A DNA stretch of 64,000 nucleotides, taken from a virus. Below are positions 9,177 through 18,118 of the stretch, piece by piece. The position numbers and the translations under genes are program-made. The notes below the pieces were generated by a model. It ran no database searches. It saw only the letters and a program-made list of their open reading frames with translations, and was not told the origin of the DNA. Each line of letters starts with the position of its first letter. Within the stretch, counting starts at the first letter, position 1. The stretch covers positions 1-64,000 of the IMG/VR virus record IMGVR_UViG_3300031576_000005. The stretch is one strand, 5' to 3'.

Positions 9177-9467
9177 TCATATTATTGAAGTTTTAATAAA
9201 ACAATCTTCTAATATCACATTCCACTTTAAGTTGTCAATAGCTTCTTCAAAGTCACCGTTTTCAACGGTTTCCTCGAAAACTCTGCCAGTGACATCGTGA
9301 ACACATTCCAAAACAACGTCAATTCTTTTTACGTCATTAGGGTAGTATGTCCCATTGCCTCGCTTTCCCACTTTACGCAAGGCATGACCTAGCGCGTAAT
9401 CTTGTTGCTCATCAAGTAGTGGTAATATTGGTGACAATAGTTGTCTTAATCCATTAGATAGTCTCAT
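9177..9467 (-). CDS. Hypothetical protein
   Basis: ORF in leftward block. Confidence 0.6.
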   Translation of the reverse strand: MRLSNGLRQLLSPILPLLDEQQDYALGHALRKVGKRGNGTYYPNDVKRIDVVLECVHDVTGRVFEETVENGDFEEAIDNLKWNVILEDCFIKTSII

Positions 9468-9840
9468 ATTTTTTTCTTTCTAATTTATGTTGATTATTGA
9501 AGTAGTTTTCTAATCTTGGTTTGCATCTACTCCATTCTTCGGAATGGTCTTGATAGTATCCTATAGAGCACGATTCAAGTTGTAAAGGTTTATTTTTATG
9601 TATTAACGAATCATTAGCTTTTATAAATTTATATAAATTAATATTATTCTTTTTGTATATTTTCAATATCCTACGTAAATCACAATTTTTACAGGTAAAG
9701 CTTTCAACGCAACCCTCTGATATTTCGTGATTAAGTAGCCAAGCTAAATTCTCAAAAAGTTTTTTATCATCTTCATTAGGATTATCAAGCATGGAAAGTC
9801 TTGAACGCCTACCTAGTTTTTCTATTCTTAGTGTTGTCAT
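9454..9840 (-). CDS. Hypothetical protein
   Basis: ORF overlapping both neighbours. Confidence 0.6.
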   Translation of the reverse strand: MTTLRIEKLGRRSRLSMLDNPNEDDKKLFENLAWLLNHEISEGCVESFTCKNCDLRRILKIYKKNNINLYKFIKANDSLIHKNKPLQLESCSIGYYQDHSEEWSRCKPRLENYFNNQHKLERKKYETI

Positions 9841-10073
9841 ATTTTATGGTTTATTAATTGTTTTAGCTCATTTTTAATACGTCTCGCCGTTTCACCCCGC
9901 CATGTTGTGGAGTTGCAGAGGAAATAGGACACGACACTTTTAGCATCATCACAACCAAACATGTCATTGGTTGATTTGAGCGATTCCATTGCTTCGAGAT
10001 AAGGCAATGCTCCAAAATAAACTTTTGTCCAATTTAATCTAATTTCGGCAGCGATGACATCAAGTGTTCTCAT
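9837..10073 (-). CDS. Conserved phage hypothetical protein
   Basis: IA.EI...W.KVYFGA.PYL.AM...YFL.N...WRGE.ARRIK.EL pattern recognised from phage early genes. Confidence 0.7.
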   Translation of the reverse strand: MRTLDVIAAEIRLNWTKVYFGALPYLEAMESLKSTNDMFGCDDAKSVVSYFLCNSTTWRGETARRIKNELKQLINHKI

Positions 10074-10099
10074 ATTATTAATTGTTTTTTTAGTTTTTA

Positions 10100-10282
10100 T
10101 TAGTTCTTTAGCTTTCCAACATATCCACTAAATCTTTTCCATCTCTCGGGAAAGTTTTTAATAAGTTGTTTTAAATCTTTATTAGTTAGCGGGTTTACCT
10201 TATCTTTTATTAATTCTATAAAGTGTTCATTCTGTTTGGCTAGTTTATTATGTGAATTATAGAACATTTGGAATTGATTCAT
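10100..10282 (-). CDS. Hypothetical protein
   Basis: ORF in leftward block. Confidence 0.6.
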   Translation of the reverse strand: MNQFQMFYNSHNKLAKQNEHFIELIKDKVNPLTNKDLKQLIKNFPERWKRFSGYVGKLKN

Positions 10283-10992
10283 ATGGTTTTTTCTATTTTT
10301 TTATAGCTCGTTCCGTGTGCTTTAAAAGCCACGATTATGTTTCTTTGTTTCGAACACAATTGACAACTTGAGCATGTTGTCTTTTCCCTAGTTTGCGCTG
10401 GGCAAACAATAAATCGATTGCCCTCTGGTGTCAATCCCTTTTCTCCCTTAAAGTCATGAGCAACTACTGCTACAACCGGAGCAATATTTAAAGCTTTTAG
10501 TTTATCGGCATGAATCAAATTATTACCAGACAAATTAATTGTAAATCCCCGTTTATTAGCTTGTTTGATATATTCTCTATTATTACTAGCGAATTTACTT
10601 TGTTCGTCTAAAACCGGTTTATGCGAATATGTATATCCTAGTTTACCTTTATTGACTTTTACAAGACTTTCTAGCATTCTTTTATTAATTCTATTATCTT
10701 TCCCGGCCAAATCCCCGGCAATATTATGACGCCAAAACACTCCTTTTGGAAGACTTTGAACATTTTTGATAAATTCTTTCCAAGATGTTCCATAAGAGAA
10801 TTTTTCTTTTCCTCTTTTCATAAACCCTCTATCTAAAGCTTGCCAAATAAAATTCAACGGCCCTTGTGCAGCATAGCAACCATTATTTTTAAACGGACAA
10901 CTCGAAGGACAAGTCGAACTATTAGACATGCTAACAGGAATTGCTCCAACTTTGACATTAGAACTTTTTAAAGTTAAAGTAAAATTATTCAT
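10279..10992 (-). CDS. Cys-rich phage protein (Gp88-like / radical-SAM-like Fe-S protein)
   Basis: TCPxxCPF....CYA, WRHNIAGD, YTYSH and C-terminal CPAQ...TCxxCxLC...AH motifs; start moved to MNNFTL. Confidence 0.6.
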   Translation of the reverse strand: MNNFTLTLKSSNVKVGAIPVSMSNSSTCPSSCPFKNNGCYAAQGPLNFIWQALDRGFMKRGKEKFSYGTSWKEFIKNVQSLPKGVFWRHNIAGDLAGKDNRINKRMLESLVKVNKGKLGYTYSHKPVLDEQSKFASNNREYIKQANKRGFTINLSGNNLIHADKLKALNIAPVVAVVAHDFKGEKGLTPEGNRFIVCPAQTREKTTCSSCQLCSKQRNIIVAFKAHGTSYKKIEKTI

Positions 10993-11086
10993 TAGACAAA
11001 TATATATAATTCTTAAAGCTGTCAACCATTACATACCAGACAGATAAAGTAAATAATAATTTTGTAATCATATTAATTTTTATATA

Positions 11087-11533
11087 TTAATTTATTAATA
11101 AACCACTTTCTTTTAAACTTTTATAGCTTTCTCCATTAGAGGAAACTATTACATGGTCAAGCAATGGAATGCCTAAAAGCTTTCCGGCTTCTTGCATATC
11201 TCTTGTAGTGCTAATATCGTCACTACTTGGCGTAGGGTCTCCACTTGGATGATTATGTATTAGGATAATTTGAATGCCAGAATATGCAATCGCTGGTCGA
11301 AAAACTTCTCTGGCATGGCATAATGTTTCATTCACTATGCCTACAGAAACAATACTATGAGCCTTTACCTTTAACTTACTATTAAGGATTAGGACAACCA
11401 AACTTTCTTTTTCCTCGTCAAAGTCTTCTTTTATAGCAATATTTTCTTTCCAATATTTTACTGCAATTTGTGGCATGTCAGCAATATATTCCACACAATT
11501 TTCTCTAATTATTTTAACGATTATTTCTTTCAT
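11087..11533 (-). CDS. radC: RadC-like JAB/MPN domain protein
   Basis: E...HAREVFRPAI...HNHPSGDPTPSSDD...LLDHVIV signature. Confidence 0.92.
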   Translation of the reverse strand: MKEIIVKIIRENCVEYIADMPQIAVKYWKENIAIKEDFDEEKESLVVLILNSKLKVKAHSIVSVGIVNETLCHAREVFRPAIAYSGIQIILIHNHPSGDPTPSSDDISTTRDMQEAGKLLGIPLLDHVIVSSNGESYKSLKESGLLIN

Positions 11534-11982
11534 AAGCTTATATTATATAGAATTAGAATTTTGTCAATATACTTTTATTACAGCATCAAAAACGTCTACT
11601 GCGATAGTCCAGAATCCTATTAGGATAATAATTTTAAATATAAAGTTAGTCATAATCTTTTTTAGTAAAGGTTTTCTATAAAGTAATCTTCTAATCCCAT
11701 TTTTCTATTCTTAATGTAATTTGCATATTAAAAAATGTTAAATTCTTTTAGTTGTTTGGTAGTATAGAGTTTACCTTGTCCATTAGTAAACCTGATTAAA
11801 TGTAAGCTTTCCCATACAAAGCCATAATTATAAACTATATATTTTATTTTCATTTTTGGGAGGGTTTTCTAGTTTTTTTGTTTTAGGTTTTTTAAAAAAT
11901 CAATGTAATTTTTCAACGGGATATAATGTTTTTGATATATTAATAGGTTCCATATTTTTGTTTTTCTAAGAGACAAAATGTC

Positions 11983-12185
11983 TCAATTTTGCATTACAAT
12001 CTCCTGGATACCGTGATTATAGATACCGGTATTAGGATGCCCGCCGCAAGAATGAGTTAATCGATACAATTTTTTTTCGCCAGCTCAATATTTTTGTGAG
12101 CAGATACAATCCGCGCAATTTCCGGAGTGCCATCCGCAAAATGATTGCCGGTATACACTACTATCCGATATTCAGTTTTATTCAT
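11983..12185 (-). pseudogene. Small gene apparently frameshifted at an A8 tract
   Basis: MNKTEYRIVV...ELAKK stops 4 codons after A8 (T8 at 12070-12077); one extra A gives a 67-aa product ending at 11983. Confidence 0.35.
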
Positions 12186-12212
12186 ATTTTTTATTTTATT
12201 TATATTCATATT

Positions 12213-12461
12213 TTAATTTTCGTAGTCAAAGCACTGATTAAGTACTTCGTTTTTCAATTCTTTTTGTGTTCCGTGCCAAGGTAAAGAGATTGCAGCATGA
12301 GGGGAAGAGCATCCTTGAAAGTAATCAGAAGAGCAAATATCCATTAGTTGAATTTTACGATTGATATATGCATAAGATTCGCAATAGTGATTGTCTTCTG
12401 TACATCCATTAAGAGAGCAAATCTCTTTGCTACGTTCTTTAAGGTACTTTGATAATGTCAT
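12213..12461 (-). CDS. Hypothetical protein
   Basis: ORF in leftward block. Confidence 0.6.
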   Translation of the reverse strand: MTLSKYLKERSKEICSLNGCTEDNHYCESYAYINRKIQLMDICSSDYFQGCSSPHAAISLPWHGTQKELKNEVLNQCFDYEN

Positions 12462-12463
12462 AA

Positions 12464-12988
12464 TTAATTGATAGTTAAGGTTTTACCGTTTAATTTCATA
12501 CTTTCAACTTGCAATGGTGTCAATTCATATTGTCGCATTTTGCCAAGTCTGCCAAGCTTTCGAAGTTTGTTTTTTTCAATAGTCTTTTCAGAAGAGTTGA
12601 CAAGTTTAAACTCCCCTTGCTTAATAGTAGTCTTTTGTATGATATATCCTATTAGGTGAAAATTTCCTGTTTCCTTGTGTCGTTTTAACCCCTTTATGTC
12701 TGTTTCCTCGTATACATCTAAACAAGTATAGTTTTCGTTTTCCCCGGCGGGTTTTTTATACGATTCTATTAGCTCATTACAAGCTACTAGCTTAATGCCA
12801 GATAGTCTAGGTTGAAGGATAAGAAGTTTTTGTAGGTCTTTTTCCTTGGCTTTTTCGTAGGATGCACCAAGTAAAATAGTATGTTTAGCCACTTCCCCGG
12901 TTTTCTTACTCGTATAAGTAAGAGACACGAACCGGGGTTTTTGATTTTTTGCGACTTCTTCTATTGCGTTGAATAATTTTTGATTCAT
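12464..12988 (-). CDS. Hypothetical protein
   Basis: 174-aa ORF. Confidence 0.75.
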   Translation of the reverse strand: MNQKLFNAIEEVAKNQKPRFVSLTYTSKKTGEVAKHTILLGASYEKAKEKDLQKLLILQPRLSGIKLVACNELIESYKKPAGENENYTCLDVYEETDIKGLKRHKETGNFHLIGYIIQKTTIKQGEFKLVNSSEKTIEKNKLRKLGRLGKMRQYELTPLQVESMKLNGKTLTIN

Positions 12989-13027
12989 TTGATAAATATT
13001 TTAGTTGAAATTTTCTTTCGATGTGAC

Positions 13028-13264
13028 TTAGATAGATTCTCCCGACCGGGAGTTGATACCGAGGCCAAAATAATGTTGTGGCCATTCACGACACACTAAC
13101 CCCATGCTAAACATGGGTTTCTTTTCGTACACTGGAAAAGATAATTTTTTCCCGCCTAACGAGCGGGCAAATGCTATGCTCTCATAATCGGAGCATCCTA
13201 CCTTTTCTCGTATATCCCTAGGGATATACACTAACGATTTTTTTAATATATCTATATAATTCAT
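13028..13264 (-). CDS. Hypothetical protein, first gene of leftward block
   Basis: ORF downstream of a putative leftward promoter at about 13305-13333. Confidence 0.55.
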   Translation of the reverse strand: MNYIDILKKSLVYIPRDIREKVGCSDYESIAFARSLGGKKLSFPVYEKKPMFSMGLVCREWPQHYFGLGINSRSGESI

Positions 13265-13439
13265 ATTTTTTTCATTTTATTTTATTAATCCCTCTGACAC
13301 CATGACTCTACCATATCCAGATGAGCACTCAAGATATTTTTTAATTAATTTGTATATATATTTTTATCATTTTCATTTATTTGTTTGACATCTCGGAATC
13401 AATTCAGGTAATCCCAAAGCGATTTTAAAAAAATAAATC

Positions 13440-13468
13440 TTGACAACCCTACCCTATTTTTATATAAT
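13440..13468 (+). promoter_or_regulatory. Perfect sigma70 consensus promoter
   Basis: TTGACA(13440-13445)-17 nt-TATAAT(13463-13468). Confidence 0.75.
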
Positions 13469-14012
13469 TTCAAAAAAATTTTTGTTGAATTTAGGGCGGG
13501 GAGCTTAACATACAACCAAAAAACAAAATTCAAATATATATATTTATTCAAACTAACAAATAAAAAACCCTCCCTATAATCTCTATCAATTTATAACTAT
13601 TTATATCCACTTATACTCCAAACCATGTATAAATCACTATAATGCCTTATATATCTGACGCTATCCTATATAGTGTCAGGTATACCAGACTTTGTAAACA
13701 AAGCCACCCTATTAATCGTAAAATTTTGAAATACCGATTCAAAGCTATTAAACTGATTAAAAAAAATCACCCACCACTATAGGTGGTAGTATATTTTAAT
13801 CTATCAAAAAATATATAAAATTAAAATCAAACTAAAAAAGTGTGTTTTTCACATATAGGAACATCAATTTTAATAAAAACTGAACACCACTATAGGTAGT
13901 GGTTTATAATGACACCCACGCTATTAATTAAGAAAATTTCATCAGGCCGAGGCCAAATTATAAAAGTCTCAAAAAATACCCCACTAACTATTTATTATAG
14001 ACATATTTTTTT

Positions 14013-14019
14013 AGTGTAA
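14013..14019 (+). promoter_or_regulatory. Putative phage late promoter core AGTGTAA (copy upstream of methyltransferase)
   Basis: AGTGTAA-N8-ATG; same motif at 11 other gene-proximal positions. Confidence 0.65.
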
Positions 14020-14027
14020 ATATTAAC

Positions 14028-14661
14028 ATGAATATAATTCAGATTGGGTCAAATAATGGGAAAGACCATGTTTTTGATTTTGTAAGCAAAAATGCTAATA
14101 AAATTAATAAATTAATTCTCGTAGATGCCCTACAAGAATGTATAGAAGAGACAAAAATACAATACAAAGATTTTCCTTTCGCCCAATTTATTCATTGTTG
14201 CGTTTCTAATCATAACGAAGAATTTCAAACCTTTTTTAAACCAAATAACCAACGAACTAATGTTAGTTCTACTAATCGCGACCAATTAATTAAACATTGC
14301 GAAAATGATATTTTAGAAATCAAAGTCCCATCTCAACATATTAATGATATAATTAAGATGGCCGCGGATTCAGAGAGAGAGAGAGAGAGTAGATAGGCTT
14401 TATATTGACGCAGAGGGGTTGGATTGCGATATAATATTAGCAATTGATTTTGATTTATATAATATAGATTATATTCAATTCGAAGGGGGACATTGTGATG
14501 GACCTCATGCTAATGGAGGTTCAAAATATGATTCAATAATAAAACTATTAATTTCTCATGGTTTTAAAATACAAAATATTCCACATCACGACACAATTGC
14601 TATAAAAAATCATTTAGACTGGAAAGATTTTGTCGACGAATTAAAAGTAATTGTTCTCTAA
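14028..14661 (+). pseudogene. FkbM-family SAM-dependent methyltransferase, frameshifted at an (AG)9 tract (possibly phase-OFF)
   Basis: N-half IQIGSNNG.DHV...LVDA; C-half in +1 frame VDRLYIDAEGLDCDII...IQFE; (AG)10 or (AG)7 gives one 211/209-aa ORF. Confidence 0.8.
14372..14389 (+). repeat. (AG)9 simple sequence repeat
   Basis: agagagagagagagagag inside the methyltransferase, exactly at the frame break. Confidence 0.95.
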
Positions 14662-14719
14662 TTTTTAATTTATCACATATTAGCACAAGGGGAGATAGAG
14701 CATCTCTTTTTGAAATCAC

Positions 14720-14781
14720 TCCCGAACGGGAAGTATTTGACCAAAAGGACGTTAAATCTCTAATTTATTCCCGAACGGGAA
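14720..14781. repeat. Two copies of palindrome TCCCGAACGGGA (putative operators)
   Basis: At 14720-14731 and 14769-14780, just upstream of a sigma70 promoter. Confidence 0.6.
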
Positions 14782-14792
14782 AATTTTAATAG

Positions 14793-14821
14793 TTGACAAC
14801 AACGAAGTATCGTGATATATT
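14793..14821 (+). promoter_or_regulatory. Sigma70 promoter with extended -10
   Basis: TTGACA-N17-TATATT with TGn; ATG 6 nt downstream. Confidence 0.65.
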
Positions 14822-14827
14822 GAATAT

Positions 14828-14996
14828 ATGAATAATTACGACGAACTTAATAAAAAATTAGATGAACTAAAAAAACACATTGGTTCATATGCAGAACGAT
14901 ATTAAGGATTTACATAATAAAATAGATACCATATATCCACCGGCACCGGTGGGATGTAAGCGGATAAAAAAGATTTTACAACCATCAACTATTTGA
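14828..14996 (+). pseudogene. Small coiled-coil gene frameshifted at A7
   Basis: MNNYDELNKKLDELK|NTLVHMQNDIKDLHNKID... joins if one A of 14869-14875 is removed. Confidence 0.4.
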
Positions 14997-15049
14997 TTAG
15001 AAATAATAAAATAGATTAAACGTAACTTAATCTGTCTATCGTCTTTCAA

Positions 15050-15253
15050 TCAATTGCGATTAGCTCCAAAGTCAGTCTTAATTTCTTCTACAGTTTCTTT
15101 CTCACTAATTATTCTTATTTTTTTAGCCCCCGGATGTAACCTTTTTATTGCGGCTATACAAGATTTCTTATTTTTTGAAGACGTAATACCTTCTACTAAA
15201 TTTGTCTTATCTTTCGGGCTACCCTTCCAGAAACAAAAATAATAGAACTTCAT
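15050..15253 (-). CDS. Hypothetical protein
   Basis: Leftward mini-operon. Confidence 0.6.
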   Translation of the reverse strand: MKFYYFCFWKGSPKDKTNLVEGITSSKNKKSCIAAIKRLHPGAKKIRIISEKETVEEIKTDFGANRN

Positions 15254-15266
15254 AAATCTTACATAA

Positions 15267-15449
15267 TTAAATTCTTTGTAAATCTTTAGAATAAATAGCT
15301 GCGCCCCAATAATTTATATATAAGAAGCAATAAACTCCCTCTTTTTCTTTTATAGTTTCGGGTATATTTTCTAAAACAATATATCTGCTAGTGCGGCAGA
15401 TTACTCCCCCGCATATTCTATATATTAAATAATTAAAAAATGCCTTCAT
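15267..15449 (-). CDS. Hypothetical protein
   Basis: Leftward mini-operon. Confidence 0.5.
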   Translation of the reverse strand: MKAFFNYLIYRICGGVICRTSRYIVLENIPETIKEKEGVYCFLYINYWGAAIYSKDLQRI

Positions 15450-15454
15450 TCTAT

Positions 15455-15706
15455 CTATTTTCTTTTCTTAAGATTTTTAACCTTCTTCCTTGGTTTGCGG
15501 CTTTTCTTTTCTAAATCTTTAAATGTTTTCACGATATTATCTTTCGTTTCTTGGGTAAAGTCCAAATCAGTAATTATACTTTGTTCGTCCATCTTTTGGA
15601 ACTCTAATTCTCTTTTATACATATCATATAAATCCCCCCACCACTTAAGCGGTAGCCCAGATTTAATTTCTTGAAAACAAAACCGACCAAATTTAAATAT
15701 ATTCAT
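15455..15706 (-). CDS. Hypothetical protein
   Basis: Leftward mini-operon. Confidence 0.6.
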   Translation of the reverse strand: MNIFKFGRFCFQEIKSGLPLKWWGDLYDMYKRELEFQKMDEQSIITDLDFTQETKDNIVKTFKDLEKKSRKPRKKVKNLKKRK

Positions 15707-15731
15707 TTTAATCCTTTTAATTTATTTACTA

Positions 15732-15926
15732 TTACATCCAAAATTTCTTTTTATCTCCATTTTCCCATCTTTGGTATTTATGATTTTTAACCTCTTCTTT
15801 AGGAGGTTCTTCCACTTCGGGATACCCTAGATGACTTGCAGTACAGTCTTCGTAACAACGTGCGTTGTGTATATGTCCAGTTTCGGTATCCTCACAATAT
15901 GTTCTTGTGTATCCGTTAGATACCAT
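15732..15926 (-). CDS. Hypothetical protein
   Basis: Leftward mini-operon. Confidence 0.55.
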   Translation of the reverse strand: MVSNGYTRTYCEDTETGHIHNARCYEDCTASHLGYPEVEEPPKEEVKNHKYQRWENGDKKKFWM

Positions 15927-15927
15927 A

Positions 15928-16221
15928 TTATTCCTTATTTGGCTTCTTTTTAAACGTTTCCTTCGGAATCACATACATACCTTTGAAAACATCGCTAATG
16001 TATACATTCGGCGTTCCACGCCATTCTTCTAGTTCTGGTATTTCTTTCATGGTATCTTCCCCGACAAAAATCCAATCCCCCGCTTCTAAATCATATCCCT
16101 GGTCTTTAGCCAGCCAAACAAAGAAATTAATATCCGAACTAATCTCCAAGTCATTATTTGTTAATAATTTTTGTGGCTTTCCAGACATGCAATCTTTTAA
16201 GAATTTTAGTCGATTTACCAT
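15928..16221 (-). CDS. Hypothetical protein
   Basis: First gene of mini-operon; AGTGTAA-N8-ATG upstream on the minus strand. Confidence 0.7.
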   Translation of the reverse strand: MVNRLKFLKDCMSGKPQKLLTNNDLEISSDINFFVWLAKDQGYDLEAGDWIFVGEDTMKEIPELEEWRGTPNVYISDVFKGMYVIPKETFKKKPNKE

Positions 16222-16229
16222 AATATATC

Positions 16230-16270
16230 TTACACTCTAATATAATAGCAGAAATATTCTATAAAATCAA
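16230..16270 (-). promoter_or_regulatory. Tandem leftward promoters: sigma70 type plus late motif
   Basis: Minus strand TTGATT-N17-(TGC)TATTAT at 16270-16242 and AGTGTAA at 16236-16230. Confidence 0.55.
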
Positions 16271-16398
16271 TGAAGAAAATAATTAAATATATAAAAATAG
16301 TGTAAAAGCATATACGGATAATTATTGTTGAAAAGTACGACCATACCTGATAGTATAAAGGTAAAGGTATGTTAAGATAAATTTAAATTAGGAGTTTT

Positions 16399-16866
16399 AT
16401 GGATATAAAGTATTGTAATTCATGTGGACAGGATAATGTTTTATCTGCCAAATTCTGTATGGCCTGTCGTTTAGGATTCCCAGATATCATAGTTAAGGTT
16501 TCAAATAAGCCACATCTAAAAAAGCAGGTAAGTAAATATAATAAAATAGAAGTAGATGATTCTGAAAAGTTAGGAGAGGGGGATGAATCAGATGCGGATA
16601 TTGATTTAGTTTGTGGATATTTCGACGACCCAAATGCTCAAATGGATTTTGCTAGCAGTTTGATTGATAGGGTTATTAGCGATAATGTCCCTTCTATTAG
16701 AGAACGTGCTATAAAAATTCAAGATGTTATAGCTACCGCCAAAAAGACAGAGGGCAAAAGAGATTCAGGATTAGGAAAAATTTCAACACAAAAAGATGCT
16801 AAGAAAATAGCTGAACAAATGTTTAAATCAACAGAATCTACTAGAATTATTGAAGGCAAAGAATAA
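16399..16866 (+). CDS. Zinc-ribbon protein
   Basis: YCNSCG...AKFCMAC; AGGAG SD upstream. Confidence 0.75.
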   Translation: MDIKYCNSCGQDNVLSAKFCMACRLGFPDIIVKVSNKPHLKKQVSKYNKIEVDDSEKLGEGDESDADIDLVCGYFDDPNAQMDFASSLIDRVISDNVPSIRERAIKIQDVIATAKKTEGKRDSGLGKISTQKDAKKIAEQMFKSTESTRIIEGKE

Positions 16867-16868
16867 TT

Positions 16869-17474
16869 ATGATACTTTGTCTTGATTTTTTAAATACATA
16901 CGACGAAAAGCCAAGTGTTATTAAAAGTTTGGTAAAATGTGATGATTGTAGTAAAGAGAGAGTTATAAAAAAAATTAATGCCGTTAGGGGAAGTAACTTT
17001 TGCACTTCTTGTCGTCAAAAAGGAGAAAGACATGGTCTTTATGGCAAACGTGGAGAAAAAAGTCCTAACTACGGTTCTCATCGCTCCGAAGAAACTTGCG
17101 AAAGAATACGCCTATCTCTCGTTGGTCTTTATATTGGAGAAAAACATCCTCGTTGGCGTAAGGATTTAACAAAAGAGGAACGTCAACTCAATAAAGACAG
17201 AAATTATAATCCTAAAAATCGAGAATTTAGAGAAGAGGTATATCTACGCGATAACAATACATGCTGTATTAGCGGTAGAAGAGGCGGTGATTTAGTTGTC
17301 CATCGTCTCTACAACTGGGCTAAATATCCAGAGCTTCGTTTTGATATAAATAACGGTATCACGATTTGTAAAGAGCTTCATCAAATTTTTCATAAAATTT
17401 ATGGAAATCACAACAATACGCCAGAACAGTTTGAGGAATTCAGAAAATATATTTTAGACATCTTAATATGGTAA
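16869..17474 (+). CDS. Zn-ribbon/NUMOD3/HNH homing-endonuclease-like protein (copy 1; HH changed to HR)
   Basis: SLVKCDDC..CTSC, one NUMOD3 repeat, C-terminal VHRLYNW...NNGITIC..LH..FH. Confidence 0.8.
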   Translation: MILCLDFLNTYDEKPSVIKSLVKCDDCSKERVIKKINAVRGSNFCTSCRQKGERHGLYGKRGEKSPNYGSHRSEETCERIRLSLVGLYIGEKHPRWRKDLTKEERQLNKDRNYNPKNREFREEVYLRDNNTCCISGRRGGDLVVHRLYNWAKYPELRFDINNGITICKELHQIFHKIYGNHNNTPEQFEEFRKYILDILIW

Positions 17475-18118
17475 CATTCGAGGAAAGCATACCTAAAATT
17501 AATAAAGTGATTTCGTTATATCGTAGCCGCTGGACATTACAACATTATAGCTATGAAGATATTTCTCAAGACATTTTATTACACATATATCATAAGTGGC
17601 ATCTTTACAATCAGGAGAAAAATTTGGAACCATGGATAGCTCGCCTAACTCAAAATTTTCTAAAAAACGAGATGAGGAATAAATATTATATCCATCAAAA
17701 GCCTTGCCTCCGTTGCCCAATGTATACTCAAGACGATGGTTGCAAATTATACGGGACTGTTTCTTCCAAATGCCGTCTGTATAAAAAATTTATTGAACAA
17801 AAATCAGAAGCATCAAATATTAATTTTCCCGTCTCCTATGAAACTTCCAGTTATGACTCATCTCAACCATTTAGTTGTACTCCTACTGAATTTACTCAAG
17901 GTCTAAATTTGATAATCTCCGGAATAGATAAAGAAGTATTTAATTTATTTTTTGCCTCCGGATTTTCAACTACAAAAATAGCAAGACACATACATATCAG
18001 CGGCCAGAATTTTAACGAACGATTTGAAATTGTTGAGGAGAGCCTAAAAAATACTCAACTCTTAGCAAGAGATGTTATAGAAGATAAGAAAATTTCGATG
18101 GGATTAAATTATGTCTAA
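17468..18118 (+). CDS. Phage-encoded RNA polymerase sigma factor (sigma70 region-2-like)
   Basis: YEDISQDILLHIYHKWHLYN...LEPWIARLTQNFLKNEMR region-2 pattern; C-terminal GFSTTKIARH HTH. Confidence 0.75.
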   Translation: MVTFEESIPKINKVISLYRSRWTLQHYSYEDISQDILLHIYHKWHLYNQEKNLEPWIARLTQNFLKNEMRNKYYIHQKPCLRCPMYTQDDGCKLYGTVSSKCRLYKKFIEQKSEASNINFPVSYETSSYDSSQPFSCTPTEFTQGLNLIISGIDKEVFNLFFASGFSTTKIARHIHISGQNFNERFEIVEESLKNTQLLARDVIEDKKISMGLNYV

